This document shows positions 52,953 through 64,000 of a stretch of DNA of 64,000 nt, one piece after another. Positions within the stretch are counted from its first letter, which is position 1. Each line of letters opens with the position of its first letter. The translations under genes and the position numbers were made by a program. The notes under the pieces were generated by a model, which had not been told where the DNA came from, made no database searches, and worked only from the letters and a program-made list of their open reading frames with translations. The stretch is from Saccostrea echinata (Eukaryota), in NCBI RefSeq assembly GCF_033153115.1, contig NW_026889763.1, positions 4,526,001 through 4,590,000 of the forward strand, in the 5' to 3' direction.

Positions 52953-55900
52953 ATGGCGTTCGCTGAAAGACTCGCGCCACCAGGGAAAATAAAATTGAAC
53001 AGCAGAAATCTCGCTGAAGATTGGCGTAAGTGGAAAGAGGAGTTCAGTCTCTACGTTTCTCTGACTGTGAAAGATGAAGAAGCATCTAAGCTGCAGTTAT
53101 TCAAGTACCTTATAGGGAGCGATGGCCGAGAAATCTACAATACTCTGAAATTCGAGAAAGAGGAGAAGGATAGAACTCTAAAAATGGCGCTGGAGGCATT
53201 CGACAAGTACTGCCGTCCAAAGAAAAATGAAACTGTCGAAAGATTCAGATTCAACACTCGCAAACAGGAGGCAGGTGAGACAATTGAAACTTATATCACC
53301 GAGTTGAAAACATTAGCATCTACTTGCAATTTTGGTCAAGTTGCAGATTCTCTCATAAGGGACAGAATTGTATGCCGTATAGTAAACACACATCTTAGGG
53401 AGAGACTTTTAAGAAAACTAGATCTCAGTTTAGACAAATGTGTAGACATGTGTAGGGCTGCGGAAATCACAAAACAGGGCATCAGTGTGCTAGACGGAAG
53501 TAGTGCTCTCACACCAGCTATTAATAAAATAATCAAACAGAGTACCCGTAAACCTGACGAGAAGAAACAGGCTAGTGAGAAACAAAAATATAAACAGTGC
53601 AAATTCTGTGGCAAGTATCATGAACTAAAGAAAGAAAAATGCCCTGCATACGGACAAACTTGCAGAAAGTGTCATAAACTCAACCATTTCGAAAATAAGT
53701 GCTCAGCATATGCTAAACATTGGCCCACAAAGATCACGAAGAAGAAAGTTCATGCAGTAGACTTTGGTGAAAGCTCCGACTCGGATGATTACTACCAGTC
53801 AAACTCTGTCACTAACTCGGACGAAGTCGGATCTGTAAACTCTTTGAACTCCAAAACAGCACAGGCAACCATGCTAATCCAAGGAAAGAAAGTGAGATTT
53901 CAGCTTGACACAGGAGCTACCTGTAACATTCTACCTATAACCCATTTGCGTCACTTCCGTCCTCTGCGCCTAACCAACTACGAGCTTCGCATGTATAAGC
54001 ACAATCATCAAGCCCTTTGGAAAACTTGCATTATCAGTCACCAACCCCAAAAACCAGATGACTCAGGAAGCTGATTTCGTTATCATCAAAGACAACTGTA
54101 TACCTCTACTAGGTAACGATAAACTTCAGGATAAGGAACTGCTACAATGGAATAGTGAGAACATTCTAGCCATTTCCAACTATTCACCTATCACCAAAGA
54201 GCAGTTGCTCACCGAGTACAAAGATGTTTTTGAAGGCATTGGACGTTTGGAAGGAGACTATCATCTTGTTGTTGACAAGTCCATTCCTCCAGTTGTACAC
54301 CCTCCTCGGAGAGTTCCTCTAGCTCTCAAAGCACAGCTAAAAGATGAACTTGATCGTCTAGAGAATCTGAACATTATTGCTCAAGTGAGTGAACCCACAC
54401 CATGGGTTTCTACTTGCCTCATGGTTGTCAAACCGAATAAACTGCGGATATGTATTGACCCAAAAGACTTAAATAAAGCTCTGAAGCGTAGTTATTATCC
54501 GCTACCCACTATTGAGGAATTTCTTCCACAGTTAACCAAAGCAAAAGTTTTCAGTATCCTTGATGCCAAGAATGGGTTCTGGCACGTCCAGATGAATCAT
54601 GAAAGTTCACTGTTGACTACATTCAATACGCCCTTCGGACGCTATCGCTGGCTGAGAATGCCGTTTTGCGTGTCTACAGCCCCTGAAGAATAGCAAAGGA
54701 GACAGGACCAAGCTGTTGAGGGATTGTCGGGTATACATAGTGTAGCAGATGACATTCTTGTGTATGGCGAGGGGGATACGGAAGAAGAAGCTATTGTTGA
54801 CCATGACTGAAAGCTACGTGCACTGATGGACCGATGTCAAGAACGTGGACTCGTTTTGAACAAAGACAAACTTCGATTGCGACAAAAAGAAGTGCGATTC
54901 ATTGGACACCTTGTTACATCAGAAGGTCTGAAACCTGACCCAGAAAAGGTGAAAGCAGTTAAAGGGATGCCAAATCCAGAGGATGTCGCAGGTGTAAGGA
55001 GATTTCTTGGATTTGTGAACTATCTTAGCAAATTCTTGCCATCCCTAAGTGATTTGTGTGAGCCACTAAGGAAACTTACGCTCAAAGACGCTGTATGGAG
55101 CTGGCATGAGGTCCATGACAAAGCTGTGTCTGACATAAAACAGCTAGTCATTTCTGAACCGGTGCTTAGTTACTTTGATCCTAACAAAAGCCTAACTCTT
55201 CAGTGTGATGCCTCGGAAACTGGACTTGGAGCCACAATCTTACAGGAAGGGAAGCCTGTTGCTTTCGCAAGTCGTGCATTGACTGAAACAGAGACTCGGT
55301 ATGCACAGATCGAAAAAGAATTATTGGCAGTGGTATTTGGACTTGAAAAGTTCCACCAATACACGTATGGACGTGATGTGTCTGTTCAGAGTGACCACAA
55401 ACCCTTGTAGATTATCCTTAGAAAACCACTTCACATTGCACCTAAACGACTACAGAGAATGCAACTGCGCTTGCAAAAGGACACTATACGCTTGGCATAT
55501 CATCCTGGAAAAGAAATGTTCCTAGCAGACACTTTGAGCAGGGCATACCTAAGAAACAATGACCAGACTGGCACACTTGAAGAGGAAATAATACATCTGG
55601 CACGATTTCTCCCTGTGATCAAAGATAGACTTCAGGAACTGAGACAGGAAACTCAGGCAGACAAAACATTAGTAAAGCTGACCAAAGTTATTCTCTCAGG
55701 ATGCTCAGAAATCTCTGCGTGTGTTTCTGCTCCCCTACAGCCATACTTCAACATTCGTGACGAGTTGACAGTACAAGACGGCATTGTATTTAAAGGAGAG
55801 CGCATTCTAATTCCAGAGACAATGAGAATGGACATGTTGCGCCGTATTCACTCATCTCATATTGGAGTTGAAGGAAGTCTCAGGAGAGCTCGTGAAAATT

Positions 55901-56967
55901 TGTTCTGGCTCGGTATGACCAAAGATGTGAAAGACTTTGTGACTAAGTGTGATACCTGTCGTTCTTTTGATGGCAAACAGAGGAAAGAGACCCTCGTAAG
56001 TCATGATGTACCCACACGTCCATGGGCCAAAGTAGCTAGTGACCTTTTTAGCTACAATTCGAAGGAGTACCTTGTGACCGTTGATTATTTCTCAAACTTT
56101 TGGGAGGTTGACTATCTCCGCAGTACAATGTCGAAGACTGTAATTCAGACACTGAAGGCATTGTTTGCACGCTACGGGATTCCAGATACCCTTGTATCTG
56201 ACAATGGGCCCCAGTTTGCCTCTACTGAGTTCCAGCAGTTTGCCAGGGAATGGGAATTCTGTCATGTGAATAGCTCACCGAAGTACCCCCAAAGTAATGG
56301 AAAAGCTGAGCAAGCTGTCAAAATGGCCAAAAGATTGCTGAAACGAGCCTTGAAATCTCAGTCTGATCCTTATCTAAATCTGCTAGATTTTCGTAACACA
56401 CTTACTCAGGGAATGGATACCAGCCCAGCTCAGCGTTTGATGAGTCGACGCACAAAGACACCTTTGCCTACAAAAGAGACCCTCCTAGTTCCGGAAGTTT
56501 ATCCACTGAATCGCAGGAGAAGCAATTAACCCATCTAAAGCGAAGGCAAGCTTTGTACTATAATCGTGGAGCTAGAGATCTTCGACCACTGGATATCGGG
56601 GAAAAGGTGCGTATGACACCAATGGAAACGTTAGGACAGCCTGACAAAGAATGGAAAAAAAGGAACTGTGAAGTATTCACTAGGAAACAGATCATATGAA
56701 ATTGAATCTAATGGACAGACATACCGTAGAAATCGTCGTGACCTTCGTCCAAGTCAACATGCTGACACTGACGCTCATATATATGAGGACATTGATGAAA
56801 AACCAGTCCAGGAACAACCTATCAAGGACACATTAACTGGACAAACTTCTGTGAATCCACCCTCAAGACCAACCAGTGCATCTCAGAGTGATTCTGCACC
56901 TCCACTTACCACACGATCAGGTCGAGTCGTTAAGGAACCATCTCGATTCAAGGACTATGTGAATTAG
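52953..56967 (+). pseudogene. gag-pol polyprotein, disrupted
   Basis: Two Zn knuckles, LDTGA protease, VADD RT, CDAS/EKELLA/SDHKPL RNase H, HHCC and DDE integrase. Stops at 54691, ~54808 and 55408; frameshifts near 54000, 56510 and 56660. Confidence 0.92.
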
Positions 56968-57198
56968 ACTTCAGTTTAGATTCGTTTACTAGCCATGAGT
57001 AAGCCGTGTTAAAAGGGCACAATAATCCCTTGACTTACTCACCCTTGAGCAAAAAGCTCAATATTATGTTTCTAGTGATAGTGCTTTGCCTATGTTGTTA
57101 ATTGCATGTTTTTGTCTCATGTATTTCAACTGTAACAGATTTCGCTTCAATTTATAATCTATCTTGTGTATTACAGAGACTTTTTAAAGGAAGGAAGA

Positions 57199-57420
57199 TG
57201 TAACACGCTTTGGGTTTTGTAAACTTTATTAATTTCATTCTTAAATATTAATTTACTTTCGTTTTGTAAGATTAGAGTTTGAAAAATAAATCAGTTAGTT
57301 GTAGCGTTTACTCATATGCAGTTGTGTTTTATGAGTGTGCACAGAAGCTGCACGTTGTACGGTGTTAAACCTGTTAACACTGCTGTCTGTCTATAATCTA
57401 CACTACCCGGAAGTGAAACA
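57199..57420 (+). repeat. 3' LTR
   Basis: Preceded by the PPT, followed by TSD AGGAC. Confidence 0.95.
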
Positions 57421-58746
57421 AGGACCAATGGCCTTGTTTGTGGGAAGTATTGATATAAAATCAATTATTTCTTGTTTACTAATGCATACATTACTAATTT
57501 CATTATTACAAACATAATATGTATCAGGTAATTCTGACCCACTGTCATCAACACATGATACAGAAGTAAAATAGTTATTAAGTTCATCTATTTTCTCTTC
57601 ATTGGAATAGGCAATATTTGTGTCACCAGTATCTGTTGTATAATGTAATGGTGGAATATCAGAGGAAACTTAGTTTTAAAAACATCCTTCAATAATTTCC
57701 AGTAAAGTTTCGACTTGTTTTACAGCGTCTGTAAGATGTAATTCTAGATTATTATGGTAGTTTTCAATTGCCTTTTTTCTCATATTGTTGAATTTATTTC
57801 TTATATGTTTAAAATTTGCCCAATCAGAGTCTTTTTTACTTTTAAGAGCTTTTTGTCTAAGTCTATTTTTAATAAGAAGAGTTTTACGTAATGCAGAATC
57901 AAACCAGGGTTTATCTTTTGGCCTTATAATAACAGACTTTTCAGGTACGCATTGTCTAACTATGTTCATAAATGTCAAAGAAAAATTTTCCATAGCCCCG
58001 TTAACATTTTGTGCATTACAAATGAGGTTTTCCCAATCAGTATTTTCAATAGTTAAGTTGATCCATATCAGCATTTTTATATACCCACACTTTTCGTTCA
58101 TAAGATTTGTTTTGGTTGAAACTTGATTTCAGAAAAATATATGTCCCTTTGTGATCACTTATATCACTGTCTATGTCTAACACGCCTGAGTGAAGAACTG
58201 AAACATCCGAATTGACTAGAATTGGGTCAATGAGTGTGTTCGAGGTGTTCGTGACACGAGTGGTTTCATGGATAGTGTTTGTAAGACTGTATCGTAAGAG
58301 GATTTCATTAACAATGTGTGTTCTAGGAATATTAAAGAAGTCTACATTAAGGTCTCCAAGTACAACAATTTTAGTGGAAATGTAAGAAGCCTTTTCTATA
58401 GACCACATAAGGTTATTCCAAAAGGATTTATCACTGTTTGGTGGGCGATATACACAACACAGTAGAAAGTTACAGGTAGGTTCGCACACTTCTAACCAGA
58501 TACATTCTATTGTAGTGGGTTCAAGGTCATCGCGTCTGGTAACCCGAAGAGATTCAGAAATATAAACAAGAATTCCTCCTCTATAAGAATTCCTGTCTCT
58601 TCGAAAAATTGTATTAAAGCCCTCAATTGAGATATCGCTATTATTTATACTACCGTCTAAATGTGTTTCTGTGAAGCATAAAATATCGAAGTCAGTAACA
58701 AACGTTGTCAAACTTTCAATTTTGTTTCTAATGCTCCTAATGTTAA

Positions 58747-59792
58747 AGCGACAGTACGGCTGCAATATGTGTGCTTTTTCATCCAAATTTACCCAATATG
58801 TCATTAAGAAATAAGGTATAAATTTGATGTAAGCAGTTTGAGAAACAGAAATATTCTCTACTCAATCAAAATTAACGTAATTAGAATCTGCCGGAAAATC
58901 AAGGGTCGTACGAACTGGAGCAATCTTAGATCTGTTTATTTGTACCACGTGAATTCTAAAACGGCACGTGCCTACACTGTAGAGTTTACAGTTATAATGA
59001 ATATTAGGTGAAAGCAATTATCAAAAACACAAATTATTATACCATCCTGATAAAATAATCTAAAATAATAATCGTAAAGATTTTGGTCTGCATTCAGGCG
59101 AATTTAACAGAATTAAAAGTACAAATGTTGACGTTTTGTGTATTGGGGTCCGAGAAAGGAAAAACCAACTAATCATACGTTATCGCGGCAAATGTCAAAC
59201 AAAATATTTTTCTGCACAGTTAAAAAAAATTAGCATTTCAAATGGCCACAATATTTATAAGTAAAAAATGTATTTTTTATGTTGAGTTTACACTATTTTT
59301 TTCTTTGAAAGCGACGGAAAAATGAGAAATGAAAACAAGTATCAACAAACCTGTCGAATAGAACCTTCGAGAGCCCTGCGTGAGTGTCGCCGAGTTCCCG
59401 TTTCTTCCTTACCCAGCGATTATATTAATCCCCGAACTAAATTTTAGTCAGGAAAGTTGCTTTTTCAAGTTCTATTTTCAGTTTCTTTTTATTTTTAGTC
59501 GACTTTGTCAATGTAGCAGGCCTACCGGGATTCCCTCTCTAACCATGCTGTTTTGTTTATGAAAACTACGCATGCGTGCACAGCATGGAATGTGGAACCC
59601 CGAACACATTGCGATGTATATATTTACGTCCCATAAATAACTATTAATTTTAATGAGATAATCCAAATTATTTAACTGTAAAAGTTGTAATTTTCTGAAA
59701 GTTTATACATTTATGATTAGTAAAAAAATTCCAAATCTTGTCGGAAAATTTTATCTAGTCAGTTTTTTGATGAGATGCGCCCTACTGTCACT
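58747..59792. mobile_element. Kolobok-like MITE, 1046 bp, TTAA target duplication
   Basis: TTAA|AGCGACAGTACGGC ... GCCCTACTGTCACT|TTAA; removing it restores the LINE frame LDIFHLNIRS. Confidence 0.88.
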
Positions 59793-59833
59793 TTAAGGTG
59801 AAAAATATCTAAACTATGAATAGGAACACCATT

Positions 59834-59863
59834 TGGACCGGGATTAGTTTCGATGTCGCCAGA
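59834..59863 (-). other. 2A-like (StopGo) ribosome-skipping motif SGDIETNPGP
   Basis: Minus strand TCT GGC GAC ATC GAA ACT AAT CCC GGT CCA fits D(V/I)ExNPGP and is in frame with the APE domain after MITE removal. Confidence 0.8.
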
Positions 59864-60324
59864 AAAAAAGTAGTAAATGAATAACTTGTAAGCAGAAATG
59901 TACATGGCCAAAGTTTTTGATACCCTTTTTAGTTATACATTTAAACATTTGCAAATAATTTTTGTATGCATGGATTAAAAGCGAAAGTAAGATCCGAAGA
60001 TCAAAAATACAGAATAGCATTGATTTGATAATACAACTATTTTTGAGATAATAGATTCCTATTGCGGCTCGATATTGCAAGTGTGTATTATCCGTCATTA
60101 GCTTTTGTAAGTTTCACACAATCAAAAGACAAATTGAAGGAGCCGCTTGTAATGACAACTGTCAGAATGTTTATAATACATGTGAAATAAACTGTGACCA
60201 ATATAAGTAGGAAAAAATGTGTAATAAAACAAAAACAAAGAACAAAAACCTTTCATATATGTCAAAATAATAAATTTGAACATTAGTGAAGGAAACAAAA
60301 TAAAAATTGTGAACAAGTATAAGG

Positions 60325-60660
60325 AAAACTAGAGCAGAGCTCGTTGCAGAGCAACGAGTAGGTCTTCCGTTGGAGCTGCGAACAAGAAGACGTGACCTTG
60401 AGTCAAGGTCATGCCACATTCTAAGGTTATAAGCAATCTTGTAAGGGGTATCAACTTGCAATGTCTCACCAGTAGAAAGACAGTTAAGGAATATTGTTTC
60501 TCCGTTGATGACCTTGAACTCGTTCAAATGACCTTGTATCAAACCATGACACACTCTGGTTATAAGCAAACCCCATATATGTGTTACCGACTCGACAAGT
60601 TAACATATGTTCTTTCAGACCATTCATCCAGTCAAAACATTCTTTCCTTAGTGACCCTAA
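60325..60660 (-). mobile_element. HINE-like end fragment
   Basis: AACTAG end with CTCGTTGC-A-GAGCAACGAG stem-loop and TGACCTTG repeats. Confidence 0.45.
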
Positions 60661-61047
60661 ATTTAATCAACATTGCCGTAGGAACCGAGGGAGGGGGGGG
60701 GGGGCGTGCCCCCCAATAATTTTGCCGATATATAGATTACTATAGTAGACATAGATACTATAGCTTGTGCCACCTCAATAAAAAAAAGTCTGATAACCTT
60801 CTTTTTTTTGCTTGACAAGGAATTTTTGGTAGTTGGTGACCTTTTTTTTTTTTTTTTTGCTTGTCAGGAAATTTATGGTAGTAGTGCCCCCTCAACTGTC
60901 AACTGAAAATGTATGGCTGTGCCCCCCCCCCAAAAAAAAAAAACCCTGAATTTGCTTCCTATGGGCCTGATCAAGGCAATGATACACTCTGTATGATATC
61001 AGCGATACCCTTTTGTGTGTTTCGGAATTGACAAGTTCACAGTTTGC

Positions 61048-61907
61048 ATTTATTGCATGATAGTGAGGGAGACATGAAGATTTCTTCGCCCATAAAAAAT
61101 CATATTCCCCGAGGGCAACATGAAGATTTCTTCGCCCATGAAAAATCATACTCCCCGAAGGCAACGCCCGAGAGAAATATGATTTTTCATTTGCGAAGAA
61201 ATCTTTATGTCTCCCTCATTATTATGCAATAAATTGTTTATATACCGAATTAACCAAAATGCAGGAATTACAAAGGGGATCCAATGAATAAAGCAAACAT
61301 GCATTTGATGAGAACGATATGAAAGAGATGTAAGTTACAAGTACACCAATAGCCTCGTTTCATTAAAAAAAAAATTCCTACGTGACAAGTTTGTGTGATC
61401 ACACCAGTAACATTCAAACACCATTACATTTTTACACATTTAAATCGACACAATCAATCAACGATAATATGTTGACGGTGCGACCGTTGGGCGAGTGCAT
61501 TGTTCACTTAATTTTAAGATCCGCCTCTTCAAGCAGCACGAGACATTTGGAACGTCTAGACTGTGAAGTCTCATGACGTATGTTAGCTGTATTTCCATAA
61601 ACGAATTTTGAAAAGTGCAAACATTTTAACAAAGAACGTTTAATCTACTATCTGTATGCAATTCCATTAATTAAGGTGATTTTTTTGGGTGAATTTTTAG
61701 TTGTTGTTACCGCGCGAACGAAGTTAGCAGCGTCGATCGCTATAAACAATCTAACTCCTCACTCGTTTAATTGTGACGTCACAATCGTGAAACACGACAT
61801 TTTGTTGCAGGGCAAACATGATGGACACGTGACTTTCTCGGCCAATCAAATTCTATTTTACTGGTGATTTTTCACTTGTAAACTAGTTTTCACAGAGGTA
61901 TAATAAA
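61048..61907. mobile_element. Long-hairpin element (Crypton-A/Eulor-like, tentative)
   Basis: Arms 61048-61234, with a ~46-bp tandem duplication in the left arm, then TTATATACC inverted by GGTATAATAA at 61897. Confidence 0.6.
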
Positions 61908-62025
61908 CGTTTTTTAGACCATACATCGAAATAAATTATCATAATTTCTATAGTCGTAATTTATTAGGTTCAACTCACTGCTTTAAAGGATCATTGTAAA
62001 TGTTTTATGCCCGATTTGGAAACTG

Positions 62026-62937
62026 AACAACGTGTGATTTTTGAAACACTGATGCCCCCATATGGCATCTTATGGCAAAAGTTAAAAGTTTCTCAAATGC
62101 AAGTCAAACTCCATGGTCAAGATCAAAAGATAAAAAAAAATGTTATTACCCAAATAAAGGTCTTGAACAAAGAATATACTGTGAAATATATACTAGTGTA
62201 AAAGCCACAGCAGCAACAGTTTAAAAGTTATGGCCAAGGTTAATTTCTTTAAAAGGTCAAACTCCAAGGTCAAGGGATCATAATTGTTTGTACTTGAGGG
62301 AAGGTCTTAATTGTTACAAGGAATACACATGTGGTATTAAAAAAGCCTTAGCACCAACTGTTCAAAAGTTAAAACCAAGGTTAAAGTTTTTCAAAAGTAG
62401 GACATACTCAAAGGTCAAGGTAAAATGGTCAAAATTAAAGGTATACAATGACAGGCCTTGTCACAAGAAAATTACCTATGTAATATAAAAGCCCTAGTAC
62501 TAGTCATTCAAAAGTTATTGTCAAGGCTAAAGTTGTTTAAAATTTGGTCAAACTCCAAGGTCAAGGTCAAATGGTCAAACATATTTATACCCAAGGAGGA
62601 GACTTATCACAAGGGATACAGATGTGAAGTATAAAAGCCATAGCACCAATTGTTCAAAAGTTTTGGTCAAGGTTATAGTTTGGTAAAATTTTGCGAAAGA
62701 GGATCAAACTCCAAGTTCAAGGTCAAGAGGTCAAATATGTTGGTACCTGAAGGAAATCCTTGTTACTAGGAATACACATAAGAAATATGAAAGCAGTAGT
62801 TCCAACCAATCAAATTTTATGGGCATAGTTAAAGTTTTTGCGGACAAAGAGGCTAACACAGTCTAACAGACAAATAGACAGGTGGACAGGACAAGAACTG
62901 TATGCCCCCCGGATCTTCGATTACAGTAGCATAATAA
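62026..62937 (-). mobile_element. HINE with ~150-bp GGTCAAACTCCAAGGTCAA satellite-like repeats
   Basis: Motif at ~62102, 62255, 62410, 62547 and 62703; ATGCCCCC subterminal motifs and a degenerate GACA microsatellite. Confidence 0.65.
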
Positions 62938-64000
62938 AATGTCGGCGTCTTTGGGTTTTCGCATTGGCCTTAAATCTGAAAATCCAAAGGATTACAAGGT
63001 GCATCACGATACGCTTTCACACCATGTTCTATAACCCAGAGCATATTGTCTGCAAAGATAAATATTTAATTCAGTATTTAATTAGCTATGCATAATTATC
63101 TATGTTGTTTTAAAAAGGAAATATAAAAAAAAATATTTGTTTTATATTTTTCGATGTAGAGATATACAGAAAATGTTTTCCAATTTTAAGTCCTATCGCA
63201 ATACACATTAAAAAAAAAAGTGTGTGTTGGAGGGAGGGGGGGGGGTCATTACATTTTTGCTGGGATTCGCCTATGTATGACCGTAGAGAAACAAAGAGTG
63301 GGGAGGGTGCAAGCAACAACTAAATCAAAATTTAGATATTAAAACTACAACAAAATACTATTTTCAGAAGGTCTGCCCCCCCCCCCCCGTACTATCCGTA
63401 CAACGGACCTGTGAGAAAAATACTGATCCTACATTCAGAGTCCCAGGGCACCAGGAAAGAGTTGCAAAAAGAGAATATCGGTTTATTTCAGTCTATAAGT
63501 CGAATCAAAATATCTTTTCCTCAAGAGTCTTCTTTCTTTGAGTTCTTCCCAGTGATCGTGTGATTTATTTCATTTAATTTACGTTCTGTACTGGACTTGG
63601 AAAATGAGGACATCTTTAGGTTCCTGAGCTGGCCTTGAAGCCCGCAGAACAGATTTTCTGCTTTATGATAAATTCAAGTGATTTGTAATAAGGTATTAAT
63701 TTTGTGTTGATTTTATTAATGTTAATTTCATCAAGAAATATGAAAAATTAACTATACATAGTGAGGCATTTTTTGTGTGGAACGATTATTTTGGGGTTTT
63801 CACGATTTTTTCATATGGTACACATGATGAGTAAGTGTAATAAATATAACTTGTGGAAAAAATGTCCAACAAGCCTCGGGGTTAAATATCGGGGGGGGGG
63901 GGGGGGAGTCTGTCCACAAGTACCTGTTGTCAAGCCCGTAGAAAACAATTTCAGTTTTTTTGGGAAGGGGGGGGGCAAATAGAAATTTCCACAGGTACTT

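Larger units (their letters stand above)
52636..57420 (+). mobile_element. Full-length Ty3/Gypsy LTR retrotransposon, Steamer-like (Mag group)
   Basis: 222-bp TG..CA LTRs, AGGAC 5-bp TSD, PBS TGGTGTCAGAAG, PPT AAAGGAAGGAAGA and gag-PR-RT-RH-IN domain order. Confidence 0.95.
50800..60324 (-). mobile_element. CR1-group LINE (2A-like peptide + APE + RT), decayed, interrupted by a Gypsy element and a MITE
   Basis: HLNIRS/TETHL/YRPPN/GDLN (APE) and NYRPVSLL/CDLSKAFD/PQGSVLG/FADD (RT) motifs. Fragments at 50836-52635, 57421-58746 and 59793-60098; outer limits approximate. Confidence 0.88.

Noticed and set aside
53990-54074. Programmed gag-pol frameshift
   Set aside because: The break falls inside the protease after DTGA, there is no slippery heptamer, and other stops show general decay.

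Overview
Eukaryotic, AT-rich DNA, most likely from an oyster (Ostreidae), judging by Cg170-like satellite monomers inside Helentron-type (HINE) elements, a Steamer-like LTR element and bivalve-type B-box genes; the taxon is inferred. The only host genes form a minus-strand tandem cluster of four single-coding-exon, RING-less TRIM-like genes (B-box, coiled coil, NHL-like beta-propeller). One is intact (47914..49395), one has a single in-frame stop (2196..3677) and two are frameshifted pseudogenes (7390..8835, 27307..28743). Much of the rest is nested transposable elements. These include two near-identical Penelope-like (Naiad-type) RT fragments that carry the same TTAA-MITE, and a decayed Harbinger (transposase plus Myb/SANT gene) stretched to 15 kb by insertions. 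A CR1-type LINE with a 2A/StopGo-like motif is split by a full-length Steamer-like Gypsy element and a TTAA-MITE. Also present are several HINEs, a tRNA-derived SINE, Kolobok-like MITEs and a recurrent class of long-hairpin elements. There is an assembly gap at 1988..2190. No CRISPR, rRNA or real tRNA genes were seen. All calls come from reading motifs by eye; no searches were run.
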